64,000 nucleotides of DNA, from the IMG/VR virus record IMGVR_UViG_3300004097_000003, positions 1,002 to 65,001 of that record; one strand, given 5' to 3'. Shown in pieces: positions 9,328 through 19,300 of this stretch; position 1 is the first letter of the stretch; each line of letters opens with the position of its first letter. The position numbers and the translations under genes are program-made. Origin of the DNA: a virus. Below the pieces are notes generated by a model, which did no database searches, was not told where the DNA came from, and worked only from the letters and a program-made list of their open reading frames with translations.

Positions 9328-9789
9328 TTATATCCTCTCTGATGGGTGGTGGTCTTCAAAAATATGAGGGAACATAATATTTGCTTCCTCTTCTGTGATT
9401 TGTTTTACAGTATGGCAATTACCTCTGTATATCAAGCATACTAAGTCCCCGTCTACCTCCATATTGGTCAAATGTGCTTTAACATGGAAGAAACCAATCT
9501 CGTCATTGTGGAATAAGTAAAACATTTGCTTAATAGGAGTCCTGACGCCATCATTAGGCATAAGTATTTCATCGTGTTTGAAAACAAGGAACTCACCTAG
9601 TACTTCTGTTAATTGACTAGGCTCACTATGGATATCAAATTTACCCATCTTACTTATATCCTGAGCATCACCCACGAACTGAGCACGGCGTCCCTTAGCA
9701 TACCTAACTACTCCATCCTCCACATAGCGCCTAAGTGAAGTTAGGCTAACTGACCTAGGTAGTTTGGACGCATCAAGAGTCGTAGCCAT
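9328..9789 (-). CDS. hypothetical protein
   Basis: Start moved to 9789 (TAATG overlap with upstream gene). Confidence 0.7.
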   Translation of the reverse strand: MATTLDASKLPRSVSLTSLRRYVEDGVVRYAKGRRAQFVGDAQDISKMGKFDIHSEPSQLTEVLGEFLVFKHDEILMPNDGVRTPIKQMFYLFHNDEIGFFHVKAHLTNMEVDGDLVCLIYRGNCHTVKQITEEEANIMFPHIFEDHHPSERI

Positions 9790-10178
9790 TATATACATAC
9801 TCCAGCTTTCCATGAGGAAATGTGACTAATAGCACTGTAAGGGTGAATCTTACTCCGCTTAAAACTGTTTGCTTCACGTACAGTGGATGCCACATAGATC
9901 TTGAAAGCCTCGTTCGTCTCAGCATGTTTAATGCAGGCACCAGGAGAGCCTATTACTATACTAGCCTTCGGACTCTCCATAAACAATTGTAGTATAAGTG
10001 ACATCATACTCTCCCACTTAGTACCCTTTAACTTCTTGGAATCCACTATACTGTTTATGTACTGTGTCTCTAAATGCCTGAACGTTGAAACGTAAATGGT
10101 AGTACCCGCATCTGACGGTACTGGGTTATCTGCCCCTAAGACTGATCGTTTAGGTAAGATAGTATGGATAGGTGTCAT
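9789..10178 (-). CDS. hypothetical protein (129 aa)
   Basis: AAGGA RBS upstream; first gene after a terminator/promoter module. Confidence 0.75.
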   Translation of the reverse strand: MTPIHTILPKRSVLGADNPVPSDAGTTIYVSTFRHLETQYINSIVDSKKLKGTKWESMMSLILQLFMESPKASIVIGSPGACIKHAETNEAFKIYVASTVREANSFKRSKIHPYSAISHISSWKAGVCI

Positions 10179-10216
10179 GTTAATTCCTTGCGCGTAGAAT
10201 GGTAGTACATGTTGGG

Positions 10217-10226
10217 TATTTACAGT
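10217..10226 (-). promoter_or_regulatory. candidate phage promoter element ACTGTAAATA
   Basis: Identical 10-mer on the coding strand upstream of genes at 10217, 58837 and 61264. Confidence 0.45.
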
Positions 10227-10244
10227 TTGAGCATTCCTCAGACG

Positions 10245-10270
10245 TAAAAAAGGGCGACCGAAGTCACCCT
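10245..10270 (-). terminator. intrinsic terminator
   Basis: AGGGTGAC-TTCG-GTCGCCCT followed by T-run on the minus strand. Confidence 0.85.
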
Positions 10271-10275
10271 AAGAA

Positions 10276-10605
10276 TTACCTGTAGTTTGCAGGAACAATC
10301 CATACGTCATACATGGATGTTGTCTTATCTATAACGGCATATGAATGGTTCATTATCTTATATCCACTAAGTACCAATTTCCTACTCCCCAGATTAAGGG
10401 TTATGTTCAATGCGTTTCTAGAGAGCCCTTCAATTATTGATTTTAGCTCGACCTCGATTAATCTAAATCGCAGGCGATACATACCTTTTATTCTCCCATC
10501 AGGTTGATATTCCAGACTACTAAACAGGTCGTTAATGTTAGTGTTCTTGGAAGTCATTATAGGCCTATTGTTGCCCATTCTAATATTCACACTAGCCGTA
10601 TTCAT
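10276..10605 (-). CDS. hypothetical protein (109 aa)
   Basis: Packed ORF. Confidence 0.7.
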   Translation of the reverse strand: MNTASVNIRMGNNRPIMTSKNTNINDLFSSLEYQPDGRIKGMYRLRFRLIEVELKSIIEGLSRNALNITLNLGSRKLVLSGYKIMNHSYAVIDKTTSMYDVWIVPANYR

Positions 10606-11861
10606 TAAAACTCCTCTAATAAGGCTAGTGCCGTATTCTCCTCCAATCTTGATCTGCTACTAATTAAAGAAGTAACAGGTATCATTGTGAATATATTGAA
10701 GTGATTACTTAACATGCCTGCGGTTTCCATATCCAAAGTCTTATCATCAAAGAACATATACTCCATGTGGGGACAATCAGGACTTCGGTATGGGTACTTA
10801 CCATAAAACAGAGAGCGTGTGTCGGTCTCTCCATACAAGCTGTAGACAAAAGGCTTAATGTTATCTGAGTCATTCACAAACCAGAACGTTAGCAGAGGTA
10901 CACACGTAGCCATCATATCTATCAACATCTGTTTTAAATTATCAGGAATCATGTGATGAATCCTTTTCCAGTCAGATTTATTTCGAACTATTTGCGTTTT
11001 GATTTTAGGGTCTGTACCAGGCAATACAAAGAACAGAGGTATCTCAGGCATTACACGTTGCTTAATGGCAACTGATTTACTTTTGCTAAATGCCATTAAT
11101 TCCCGAGTAGCTTTAGCCCTAGCAGTATCTTCAGGCAGTTCATAATCGTCGGCGACTTGTTCGCAGTTAAGGTTAGCGTAGACAAAGTATGCGTCTATAG
11201 TACTCGATGCACGTTCAATGTCCTCGGCTTCGATAAGGGCAATTACTATGGCATTCTCTTTCTCGGCAAAAGGATTCCAATGATCATCATCATCTTCCGC
11301 TTTACTGCTATAGTCTTCGTTTTCCTCATAACCAACTACTTGCCAATTGAAGCTAACGTCACCTCGTTGACTAAACAATACATCTTGGAAGCTAAGACAG
11401 GTGAATCTAAATAGAAACTTCGACACAGTATTATTCTTTATGATTAAGTTACCCTTAAGTCTTTCGAAATCAATACCAGCATGTGACAATTGGTCTGATA
11501 TCTCACATATCCTAGTCATTAGGCATTCGGAGAACGTTGATTGCTTCGATAGAACCTTATTGTGTTGGTGGTTTTCTATGTAGGCTTTAATGGCATCAAG
11601 TGTCTCTTGGTCCATAAGTTCACACATAAACGCATCACGAATCTCCAGAAGTAAACTACTTGAGTACACCGACATTACCCTATCATAGCAACCTTGCAGC
11701 AAAAGTTGTATTTCAAGCGAGTGTATCTGGCCAAGCAACGTAGTAAACTTGTCACTAACACCAAATTCTACGGTGTTATTTGGCACATCGTATAAAGGTT
11801 TAGGGAAGTCGCCCTTAACTGTTACGCGTAGTTCGTCTAACCATAAGTTTATATTTTTCAT
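10605..11861 (-). CDS. hypothetical protein (418 aa)
   Basis: Long ORF, GGAG RBS; no motif recognised. Confidence 0.8.
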   Translation of the reverse strand: MKNINLWLDELRVTVKGDFPKPLYDVPNNTVEFGVSDKFTTLLGQIHSLEIQLLLQGCYDRVMSVYSSSLLLEIRDAFMCELMDQETLDAIKAYIENHQHNKVLSKQSTFSECLMTRICEISDQLSHAGIDFERLKGNLIIKNNTVSKFLFRFTCLSFQDVLFSQRGDVSFNWQVVGYEENEDYSSKAEDDDDHWNPFAEKENAIVIALIEAEDIERASSTIDAYFVYANLNCEQVADDYELPEDTARAKATRELMAFSKSKSVAIKQRVMPEIPLFFVLPGTDPKIKTQIVRNKSDWKRIHHMIPDNLKQMLIDMMATCVPLLTFWFVNDSDNIKPFVYSLYGETDTRSLFYGKYPYRSPDCPHMEYMFFDDKTLDMETAGMLSNHFNIFTMIPVTSLISSRSRLEENTALALLEEF

Positions 11862-12339
11862 TACTCAATCTCCGTAGGGGCGGTCCTTGTCGTTTAAGAC
11901 TAGGTACTGTTGGTCTTCTATCTAAAGTTGCGATTACTGCTTTAGCTCTAGCTAGATACTGCTTACTGTGGTAGTCAGGGAAATACTTCTTAACCGTATT
12001 TGATAACTTACCTAATACCTTACCTGTCTCCACTTCAAATGGAAATACCATAACAACTGCATGACCACCATAGTCTAGGTAACTGTGTACTTTGGTTAGC
12101 TTTACCATCCTAACCTTCTGACTCTTATCAGAAAGTAGGATAAATAAATTAGACAAAGATTGAGGAGCACCATCGTACCCAGCCTGTAATTTAAAATCGT
12201 GTACAACGGAGTCAGGAGACATTTGCATAATGTCTCGATCCGCCAACCTAATCTTTATACTTTTCTTATCGTCTGATAATACCAAATCACGTAAAGGGAA
12301 CATTAAATTAGTTCCTAGCATCATTATACTATCTGTCAT
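11815..12339 (-). CDS. hypothetical protein (174 aa)
   Basis: ORF overlapping the next gene by 47 nt. Confidence 0.7.
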   Translation of the reverse strand: MTDSIMMLGTNLMFPLRDLVLSDDKKSIKIRLADRDIMQMSPDSVVHDFKLQAGYDGAPQSLSNLFILLSDKSQKVRMVKLTKVHSYLDYGGHAVVMVFPFEVETGKVLGKLSNTVKKYFPDYHSKQYLARAKAVIATLDRRPTVPSLKRQGPPLRRLSNEKYKLMVRRTTRNS

Positions 12340-12350
12340 AGTACGAGACC

Positions 12351-12848
12351 TTACTTAAATGCGATTGCACGAGGCACGTAGACCCAACCGTCTATTTCGG
12401 ATTCACGTTTATGCTCAATTTTATTACCTATCTGTACCGCATACATACGAGTAGTATCTGAGTAGGTGGCTTTATGGTAGTCGCCATTAATCCAAACGGC
12501 TATAGGTATGTGCATACATTCATCAGGAGGACTTCCTTTAGAGCATCGGTTAAGTACTACGGAAAATTGATAAGGAAGTACGTCTTCACCTTCTGATATC
12601 TTAACCTCAGCTCTCCACAGGTATGGGCGAAGAAGTCTATTAAGTGCTTCTATATCTATACCTGTAAACAGATTCAAATGGTTAACATTAGAATGGAATA
12701 CTATATGTAAGGAATCACCATCCTTAACCGCTTTGTGGTTGCGTCGTTCCTCTCCTTCCCAATCCATACCGTTAATAGCTCGTTCAATTAGATCGTACGC
12801 TGCTCCTACTAGATGTGGCCCACCTATAATTCTATCAAATGGCCTCAT
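12351..12848 (-). CDS. hypothetical protein (165 aa)
   Basis: ATGA overlap with upstream gene. Confidence 0.7.
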   Translation of the reverse strand: MRPFDRIIGGPHLVGAAYDLIERAINGMDWEGEERRNHKAVKDGDSLHIVFHSNVNHLNLFTGIDIEALNRLLRPYLWRAEVKISEGEDVLPYQFSVVLNRCSKGSPPDECMHIPIAVWINGDYHKATYSDTTRMYAVQIGNKIEHKRESEIDGWVYVPRAIAFK

Positions 12849-13549
12849 ACCAATTCCTTATTATCCGGTTTAGTTTTGTCAATATCTTTCTGACGGCATT
12901 CTTCACGGTTTTCATGGTCTACCTGGTAAGCGAATAATTCAGGCAGGATGAGATTATCTTTACGGTCGTACACGTTACAGCCTAAGTCTCTCATGTCAAG
13001 ACGGATTCTAAAGTTCACGTACTTTTGGTTAAAACCCGGGCTACCTGTCCACTGCCACTGACTTAAGCAACTAGCAGCAAGCGTAGGCAGTACATCTTTA
13101 AAGAAGGAACTCCATCTATTGTTTTCTTCGCTGTCCTTAATTTTAGCCAAGTACTCGTTATTAGGTACTTTCCGACTACAATCAATACGTCCTACCGCAG
13201 CTTGGATAATTAGTGCTTGGCGTTTAACGACCTCGCTATGTCCGAGCTTTGATAAAGCGTTATCTGGATCATGGGAATACTCTTTAACCTGCGCTTTAGT
13301 TTTAGTAGGACAAGTGCCTTCCATATCAACTTTAGCTACAGGGTGGTATTGTTCGTCATGTACTACCCATTCTTCAATGTCGTCACACCACGCAGGCTCA
13401 GTACGATACTGATTAATAGTACCATCAGAGTCGGTAGCTAACCACCAACCGTCTAAGGCAAGTAGTGTCATACCGAAATACATTGTGCCTACGATTTTAG
13501 TTATGTTCTCAGGTTGTTCCTTTAATAGTTTCAAGTCTTTGTTCTCCAT
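12845..13549 (-). CDS. hypothetical protein with W-x-A-x-D-x-x-G domain
   Basis: WWLATDSDGTINQYRTEPAW motif; similar to 14320-14826. Confidence 0.75.
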   Translation of the reverse strand: MENKDLKLLKEQPENITKIVGTMYFGMTLLALDGWWLATDSDGTINQYRTEPAWCDDIEEWVVHDEQYHPVAKVDMEGTCPTKTKAQVKEYSHDPDNALSKLGHSEVVKRQALIIQAAVGRIDCSRKVPNNEYLAKIKDSEENNRWSSFFKDVLPTLAASCLSQWQWTGSPGFNQKYVNFRIRLDMRDLGCNVYDRKDNLILPELFAYQVDHENREECRQKDIDKTKPDNKELV

Positions 13550-13728
13550 TATCCATGTGTCTTTTGATTCAAGTATATAGCGCGAGCATGTGCTCTATCC
13601 CAAATTCCTCTGTACCGATTATAAGGCCTAGGTACAGGACTGACACGCCAGTAGCGGTCAATGAAAACGATATGAGGTTTAGTGGCCTTAATGGCTCTGA
13701 TACTTTGATTACCTTGATACTTTTTCAT
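13549..13728 (-). CDS. small basic hypothetical protein
   Basis: ATG 13728 (MKKYQG) with AAGGA RBS. Confidence 0.6.
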   Translation of the reverse strand: MKKYQGNQSIRAIKATKPHIVFIDRYWRVSPVPRPYNRYRGIWDRAHARAIYLNQKTHG

Positions 13729-13730
13729 AT

Positions 13731-14222
13731 TTAATCCTTTAAGGCTTCTACAATCCACAGACCTACCATAGGTTCTTTCAGCTTAACTCTAATGCAGTTC
13801 TCACTGCTAATATTAACATGGCTAGTTTGAACTTCCCTTCTATAATCATCTAAGAGTCTAAGTTTTACTTGGCGGGTTCTAAGTACGTGGTGTATCTTGA
13901 TATGTGTCTTACCTTCAGGTATTCTACCACTATCGTAGCCAGAACGTTCTTTAAAACTAGAAAGTTCTTTACGTTCTTTTTCGAACTCCGAGTCAAGCAG
14001 GTCGATTGCCTCTTGACTGATTTGGTATTTAGACGCTTCAACCGCAAGGCCTTTCCACTTTTCCACCTGTTGACTCAAGTACATAATACGGTCGCGCGTG
14101 GCTGTACAAACAGCTTCGTGGTTTAAATCATTGCGCATAAGCATACGAGCCATGTCCGCTATCTCGATGTCGCTCTTGTACCCGTAAGCTATTGTTTCTC
14201 TTGTTTCTTTGTCGCCTGTCAT
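13731..14222 (-). CDS. hypothetical protein (163 aa)
   Basis: AGGAAG RBS; IADMARMLMRNDLNHEAVC motif. Confidence 0.7.
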   Translation of the reverse strand: MTGDKETRETIAYGYKSDIEIADMARMLMRNDLNHEAVCTATRDRIMYLSQQVEKWKGLAVEASKYQISQEAIDLLDSEFEKERKELSSFKERSGYDSGRIPEGKTHIKIHHVLRTRQVKLRLLDDYRREVQTSHVNISSENCIRVKLKEPMVGLWIVEALKD

Positions 14223-14319
14223 GATACTTCCTAAATATTGTATTCGTTAAATTACTTTGCTTTTATACAGGTGAGTTCAATCACACCCTGTACTACACCA
14301 GAACCAAAAATCAGTTCCC

Positions 14320-14826
14320 TTAATAAAAGACATACACATGGGAATATAGAGTATTACTTTTAACTTTACGGTAATCACAGTCTCTAACCTCGGCTTCTTG
14401 CTTAACAGCTTTAGTGGCAGCGTATTCTGTAATACTATCGAGAGTGAAGTGTTGGTTGTCCGAGGCATCTTTAAGAATGAGGTATCTAATCTCCCTATCG
14501 GTTAAAGTGTGGCACGAACTCTCAAGCTTATCGGCCTTGACTATAACGGATTTATATGTATCGGGGTCCACGTAGGTATTATCTATAAGTACGGCAACAC
14601 ATGTCGCTCTCTTGGGTAACCATCTACTTAATCTCGTATCGAATCGTGGGTGCTGGGAAAACATGTGGATGTCACCTGACTTGTCAAGCGCAGCGTACCA
14701 CCCAGGTATTACATTAACCATAATGCCGTCAAGAGTCAGACTCTTTGAGTCTACTACAGTGTTGAACTTAAAGCCATCTTCAATTGCCTTAGTTGCATCA
14801 TACTGTTTCGGTTTCTTAGTAACCAT
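14320..14826 (-). CDS. hypothetical protein with W-x-A-x-D-x-x-G domain
   Basis: WYAALDKSGDIHMFSQHPRF..W; AAGGAG RBS. Confidence 0.75.
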   Translation of the reverse strand: MVTKKPKQYDATKAIEDGFKFNTVVDSKSLTLDGIMVNVIPGWYAALDKSGDIHMFSQHPRFDTRLSRWLPKRATCVAVLIDNTYVDPDTYKSVIVKADKLESSCHTLTDREIRYLILKDASDNQHFTLDSITEYAATKAVKQEAEVRDCDYRKVKSNTLYSHVYVFY

Positions 14827-14878
14827 TATAGCTCCTTAATTTCGTAACATAAGTTACAGTGTATTGTCTTAGTCTAGT

Positions 14879-15451
14879 TTACATTTTAGGTAACTGCATC
14901 TTGTTCTGTATGATATGCCAGTTATCACATACATTGGTATAACCTAGCCAGTAGTCAGGAGCATACGTGAAATACCTATTGCCTTCATACCTAACATAGA
15001 CAATCTGCGTATTAAAGCAAACGTAGTAATCGGTGAAGTTTCTAACTTGACCTGTATAAAGGACGTCATCGAACATACTAGGCATTCTGTATTCAATAAC
15101 AATCTCAGGCTCTACTGTTAGGACTTGGTGTAACTTAGTTACTGTGTTCTCAAGCTTTAACGGTAAATTGGTTACATATAGTAGCCAAGTCACTAAACTT
15201 ACTGACAGTGTACCCAGCAGGCAACGAGAAAAGAATATCCTTCGCTCATACTCGGTATAGGCGTCCCACCAAGCAATAATCTTAGCGCGTTTGTCGTAAG
15301 CCAGATGACTAATAAGACCGAACATGAAGAAGCCAGATCCTAATAGCAGCTTATATAATTTCTCCCAATCAGGTAGTAATAAATCGGCCGCTCCTATTAC
15401 TGCTACGGTGACTGCGACTAAGGCTAAATATACCTTATTCAATTTATTCAT
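14879..15451 (-). CDS. multi-pass membrane protein (190 aa)
   Basis: Three hydrophobic segments in the N-terminal half. Confidence 0.7.
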   Translation of the reverse strand: MNKLNKVYLALVAVTVAVIGAADLLLPDWEKLYKLLLGSGFFMFGLISHLAYDKRAKIIAWWDAYTEYERRIFFSRCLLGTLSVSLVTWLLYVTNLPLKLENTVTKLHQVLTVEPEIVIEYRMPSMFDDVLYTGQVRNFTDYYVCFNTQIVYVRYEGNRYFTYAPDYWLGYTNVCDNWHIIQNKMQLPKM

Positions 15452-15890
15452 GAGTTACTCCAGGTGAACCCATCAATGCAACAGGTCTAATCAATGTAGG
15501 GTCGGCGTTACATACTGCCCCTACTGTTTTCAATGAATAGGCATAAGAAGTACGAGCTTCATCTGATAGTTCTCTATGGAATACACCCATACGTGATCTG
15601 CCGCGTATGTGATTTAATTTAGGCTCGGACATATTACCTGTTACAAGAAGACCACATTCCAACTTACACCAGAAATCTCTACGACAACCTATCAAGGCTA
15701 TCTGAATCGGAGAATTCTTATGCAAGCCATAGTAGTCGCCGATTGTTTTCTTTTCAGGCTTCATGGCGTTATTAACAAACAGTGCATAAAAGATACCTGC
15801 TGCAATGTGGGAGTTACTATGTGTTGCTTCATCCAATAGCTCTTGCGTGGATAACTTAAGTGAGTTCTGCGGATCATCTGCGATAACCAT
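15444..15890 (-). CDS. hypothetical protein (148 aa)
   Basis: Packed ORF. Confidence 0.7.
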   Translation of the reverse strand: MVIADDPQNSLKLSTQELLDEATHSNSHIAAGIFYALFVNNAMKPEKKTIGDYYGLHKNSPIQIALIGCRRDFWCKLECGLLVTGNMSEPKLNHIRGRSRMGVFHRELSDEARTSYAYSLKTVGAVCNADPTLIRPVALMGSPGVTHE

Positions 15891-16321
15891 TAACAGTGTT
15901 CCTCAAAGTCATCGCCTGGTGTAGGTCCAGGTGGTATTACGTAATCACAAAGCTTACCTTCGTAATGAGTAGTCTCGCCAGCAGAACTCATTACTTTAAT
16001 ATCGTACAGTTGATTGAGAGGAGTACCATTTGGACAAGAATCGTGATAAGGAGTGCAGGTTAGTTCTACGTCATAGATGTAGCTGCTATCAGGAGTGTGA
16101 TCGATAGACACAATCTTCATTCTGCTTGTACCTTCGTACAGGTGGTGCATAAGCAACGGAGCCACTTTACAAGGACTCGGTGCCATGTCCACAGGACGTT
16201 TAAGTATTTCCTGCAACTTAGGTAAAAGGGCTTCAAGATGGCAGTTGCTGTGCATGTAGAATTTACACGCTACTGTTTTGCCACCGATGTATTTAACTGT
16301 TATTATTGCGTTTGTGGACAT
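15890..16321 (-). CDS. hypothetical protein (143 aa)
   Basis: AAGGA RBS; MSTNAII...FYMH start resembles common phage hypotheticals. Confidence 0.7.
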   Translation of the reverse strand: MSTNAIITVKYIGGKTVACKFYMHSNCHLEALLPKLQEILKRPVDMAPSPCKVAPLLMHHLYEGTSRMKIVSIDHTPDSSYIYDVELTCTPYHDSCPNGTPLNQLYDIKVMSSAGETTHYEGKLCDYVIPPGPTPGDDFEEHC

Positions 16322-16809
16322 TTTTTAATTCCTTGGTTTGGGTCAATAGGTTTAAGTGCGGTATTCATTATACCTTGAAAGTCATAATCTACACCTTCCT
16401 TTTTACGTACTTGGAAATCCTCAAGGGATTCTAGTTTGTTAAGTTTGAATATAGAACCACTAGGCATTACCCGTCGTATGTAGGTCTTTTCAAATACATT
16501 AACTGATTTGAAGTTTAGGGGCTGCCTAGGTTCATTGGCCTTAATATAGTCTAGTGCAAAAGTAAATAGCTCATGGCCGTAGTCGTCTTCTCTAAGTTCA
16601 CGCCCTACAATCATACAGCCCTTTATAGGACCTATGTCGAATTTACATTCATGTATATTAGAGGAACTGAGCTTGTCAAATATTTCTTGTAGCCGTACCT
16701 GCAATGAGCTAAATAGAGTTACTTTAAGTAAAAATTCGGTGTCGTTATCAGTATTAACAAAGGATTCTTCAAGTATAGTACTTATCTGCTTAGGAGTTAA
16801 TAAGGCCAT
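16303..16809 (-). CDS. hypothetical protein (168 aa)
   Basis: Packed ORF. Confidence 0.7.
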   Translation of the reverse strand: MALLTPKQISTILEESFVNTDNDTEFLLKVTLFSSLQVRLQEIFDKLSSSNIHECKFDIGPIKGCMIVGRELREDDYGHELFTFALDYIKANEPRQPLNFKSVNVFEKTYIRRVMPSGSIFKLNKLESLEDFQVRKKEGVDYDFQGIMNTALKPIDPNQGIKKCPQTQ

Positions 16810-17072
16810 TATAAGTCCAATATAGTTAGTACGAATTCTTTAGATGCCATAGGCTTAGGCTTATCTATAGGGCCTGCGAACTGTACGCCCTCACCTGTTA
16901 CCTCCTCAATCCAGTCCGACACCTTTAATGTATCGACACCGCCTCCACCCTGACGTGTACAATAAATGCCATCGTGACCCTCCTGGGCAAAGAAGTATTC
17001 TATACGTTGAGCTACCTCGGATTTGACCCAATAGTAACCTGGTACTTTTGGGCGCTGTTCAGTATATTGCAT
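16809..17072 (-). CDS. hypothetical protein (87 aa)
   Basis: RPKVPGYYWV start and FAGPI end, typical small phage protein; first gene of the left block. Confidence 0.7.
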   Translation of the reverse strand: MQYTEQRPKVPGYYWVKSEVAQRIEYFFAQEGHDGIYCTRQGGGGVDTLKVSDWIEEVTGEGVQFAGPIDKPKPMASKEFVLTILDL

Positions 17073-17137
17073 AACTTAACCTTGCGTTATTGCTAATTTA
17101 GTACTATCTTTACACTTCACAGTATGCGAGTATTTAT

Positions 17138-17425
17138 ATGGGACAGCCTATAATAAGATTAGGTGATAAGTCTATAGGACATCCTCCTTGGGGCCCAAAT
17201 GCACCTATAGTTTCAAGCACCGACGTATTTGTCAACTCCATAGGTGTTGTTAGACTAGGGGATGACTACGCTGTCCACTCTAACGGTCCGTCACCTCATC
17301 CTGAGAAAGCATTATCTAATAGCTCTACAGTGTATGTCAACGGAAAACTTGTACAGAGGACAGGCGACCCCTGCTCTTGCGGTGATACAGCAGGACCGGG
17401 CAGCCAGAATGTTTTTGCAGGATAA
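17138..17425 (+). CDS. PAAR-type baseplate spike tip protein (T4 gp5.4-like)
   Basis: IIRLGD..GH, VFVN..VVRLGD, VYVNGK.VQRTGDPCSCG, SQNVFAG. Confidence 0.9.
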   Translation: MGQPIIRLGDKSIGHPPWGPNAPIVSSTDVFVNSIGVVRLGDDYAVHSNGPSPHPEKALSNSSTVYVNGKLVQRTGDPCSCGDTAGPGSQNVFAG

Positions 17426-17428
17426 CTT

Positions 17429-17827
17429 ATGAATACAGAAATTTCAACGAGTATTATTTACTCCGACTTAAACGCCCAAGCTTACATTACGCCTTATGAC
17501 ATTGTAACTAATGTCGACGAGGCAGTACAGCGCCTACTTCTAGTACTAGCTACTCCGAAACGTACTAGGTGGAAGCGACCAGGCTTCGGTTCCCTTGTAG
17601 GTAACTTCCTATTCGATCCGATGGATTTAATAACAACGGAGCGTATACGAAACGAAATTCAGGATAGCGTTACTGATCCTGAGAACGACTTAACGGACAT
17701 AACACTAGGTGAACTCGAAGTCGTACCCGATTACAATACAAGTAGTTACTACGTGAGAATTAAACTATCAATACCGAATCTACAAGACGATAAAGTCGTT
17801 GAGTTCGGATTAAGAGCAGGAGCCTAA
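17429..17827 (+). CDS. baseplate wedge protein, gp25/GPW family
   Basis: YSDLN, VLATPKRTRWKRPGFGSLV..FLFDPMD (T..GER..P.FGS consensus-like). Confidence 0.85.
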   Translation: MNTEISTSIIYSDLNAQAYITPYDIVTNVDEAVQRLLLVLATPKRTRWKRPGFGSLVGNFLFDPMDLITTERIRNEIQDSVTDPENDLTDITLGELEVVPDYNTSSYYVRIKLSIPNLQDDKVVEFGLRAGA

Positions 17828-17829
17828 TA

Positions 17830-19290
17830 ATGGCAAACAAACCTTTAAGTAAAGTAACTGTTAATTTTGAGGAATCTGTAGCCGAGCTTCTGTCAAAGTT
17901 TTCAGATAGCCTACCTTGGGCGAACAAACTAAAGTCTAACGTAGGTACCGTTCTAACAGATATGATTGCAGGTACTGCTACTAATAACCAATTCTATATA
18001 GAGTTTGCCGCGCGTGAGGCCTTCCTTAAGACAGCAAAGCGGTATAGCTCAGTGTATGCGTTAACACGTAGCCTAGGTGTACGTATAGTAAGACGTACTA
18101 GTGCAAAGACTACCGTTTCTGTTCAGAACACAAGTACATCCCAAATATTCATTCCAGCCTATGATAGCTTTGAGCTTGAGGGCCGTCCGTTCTACAATAG
18201 AGAAGGTTTAATGTTTGAGCCTGCTGAGGTAAAACAGTTTGTTTTATTTGAAGGTATCATACAACGCAAAGAACTGAAATTATCGGAACTAGCTACCAAC
18301 TCTTTAGAAATAATAGTAGGGGAGCCTGGTTTTGTTATTAGTGATGACGATGTTAGGGTATTTACCACGGACCCTACAGGAACTATGACTGAATGGACTA
18401 GACACGATGGCTCCCTTTTTGAACTTAATTCGGAAGATACTAAATTCTTCGATGCCACAACCGGAGACGGCGACGTTTCTTTACTTTTTGGTGATGGTAC
18501 TTTTGGCTCTGTTCCTGGATCAGATAGTACACTTACTATCGTATATGCCATAACTAGTGGGACTGATGGCAACCAAGGCCTATCAGGACTTAAAGTTAAC
18601 TACGCTAAGAACGATTTAATAACAGGTCAAAACATTGAGTCTATATTTGGAGGCACTGGTATTAAAGATAAGGTTTACTATAAAAAGTATGCGCCTTTCA
18701 TGTACAATAGTAAGAAACGTATGGTTAGCCCCAGTGACTGGCATGGTAATATAGGCCTATATCCAGGAGTGGGTGATTTAAGTATCCTCAGCCAACGAGA
18801 CATTGCACCTAATGACCCATCATGGCAGAACGTGGTTCGCGTATGTATATTGCCCGAAAACGGAAGCTCGTGGGGTGGTCAGAATCCAAGTCCTGAATCG
18901 GCAGTGTGGACTGAATTCCTCAAGTGGGCTAAGAAACGCGTACGACCTAACACTACTATTCAGCCGTGGAATCCAAGTAAAATTCTTACAGACATAGTAG
19001 TCGAAGTAGCGGTATTCGAGGAGGTAGACACACAGTTGATGAAGGATTTATTAACCACAGTTATCAGCGGAATGTTCACGCATACTCCGGGCACTTTAGG
19101 TAAAGCTTTTACCCGTAGTGACTTAGATGAAGCCATAAAATACGACGATGATCAGCGTAGAGACGGCATAGATTACGTTAAGATAGTCAGTCCTATTGAA
19201 GATATTGAACCTAGTACAAGGCTAGAGTTTGTTAGTCCTAAAAGCATAACCGTTCTGGTACGTTATACAGAACGTGAATCATTCCTATAA
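17830..19290 (+). CDS. baseplate wedge protein, T4 gp6 / baseplate J-like (486 aa)
   Basis: EAFLKTAKRYSSVYAL, GDVSLLFGDGTFG, RMVSPSDW; follows the gp25-like gene. Confidence 0.85.
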   Translation: MANKPLSKVTVNFEESVAELLSKFSDSLPWANKLKSNVGTVLTDMIAGTATNNQFYIEFAAREAFLKTAKRYSSVYALTRSLGVRIVRRTSAKTTVSVQNTSTSQIFIPAYDSFELEGRPFYNREGLMFEPAEVKQFVLFEGIIQRKELKLSELATNSLEIIVGEPGFVISDDDVRVFTTDPTGTMTEWTRHDGSLFELNSEDTKFFDATTGDGDVSLLFGDGTFGSVPGSDSTLTIVYAITSGTDGNQGLSGLKVNYAKNDLITGQNIESIFGGTGIKDKVYYKKYAPFMYNSKKRMVSPSDWHGNIGLYPGVGDLSILSQRDIAPNDPSWQNVVRVCILPENGSSWGGQNPSPESAVWTEFLKWAKKRVRPNTTIQPWNPSKILTDIVVEVAVFEEVDTQLMKDLLTTVISGMFTHTPGTLGKAFTRSDLDEAIKYDDDQRRDGIDYVKIVSPIEDIEPSTRLEFVSPKSITVLVRYTERESFL

Positions 19291-19300
19291 GTGAGTCAGC

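Noticed and set aside
14268-14290. Terminator between ORFs 14320 and 13731
   Set aside because: The stem is weak and bulged and lacks a convincing U-tract.
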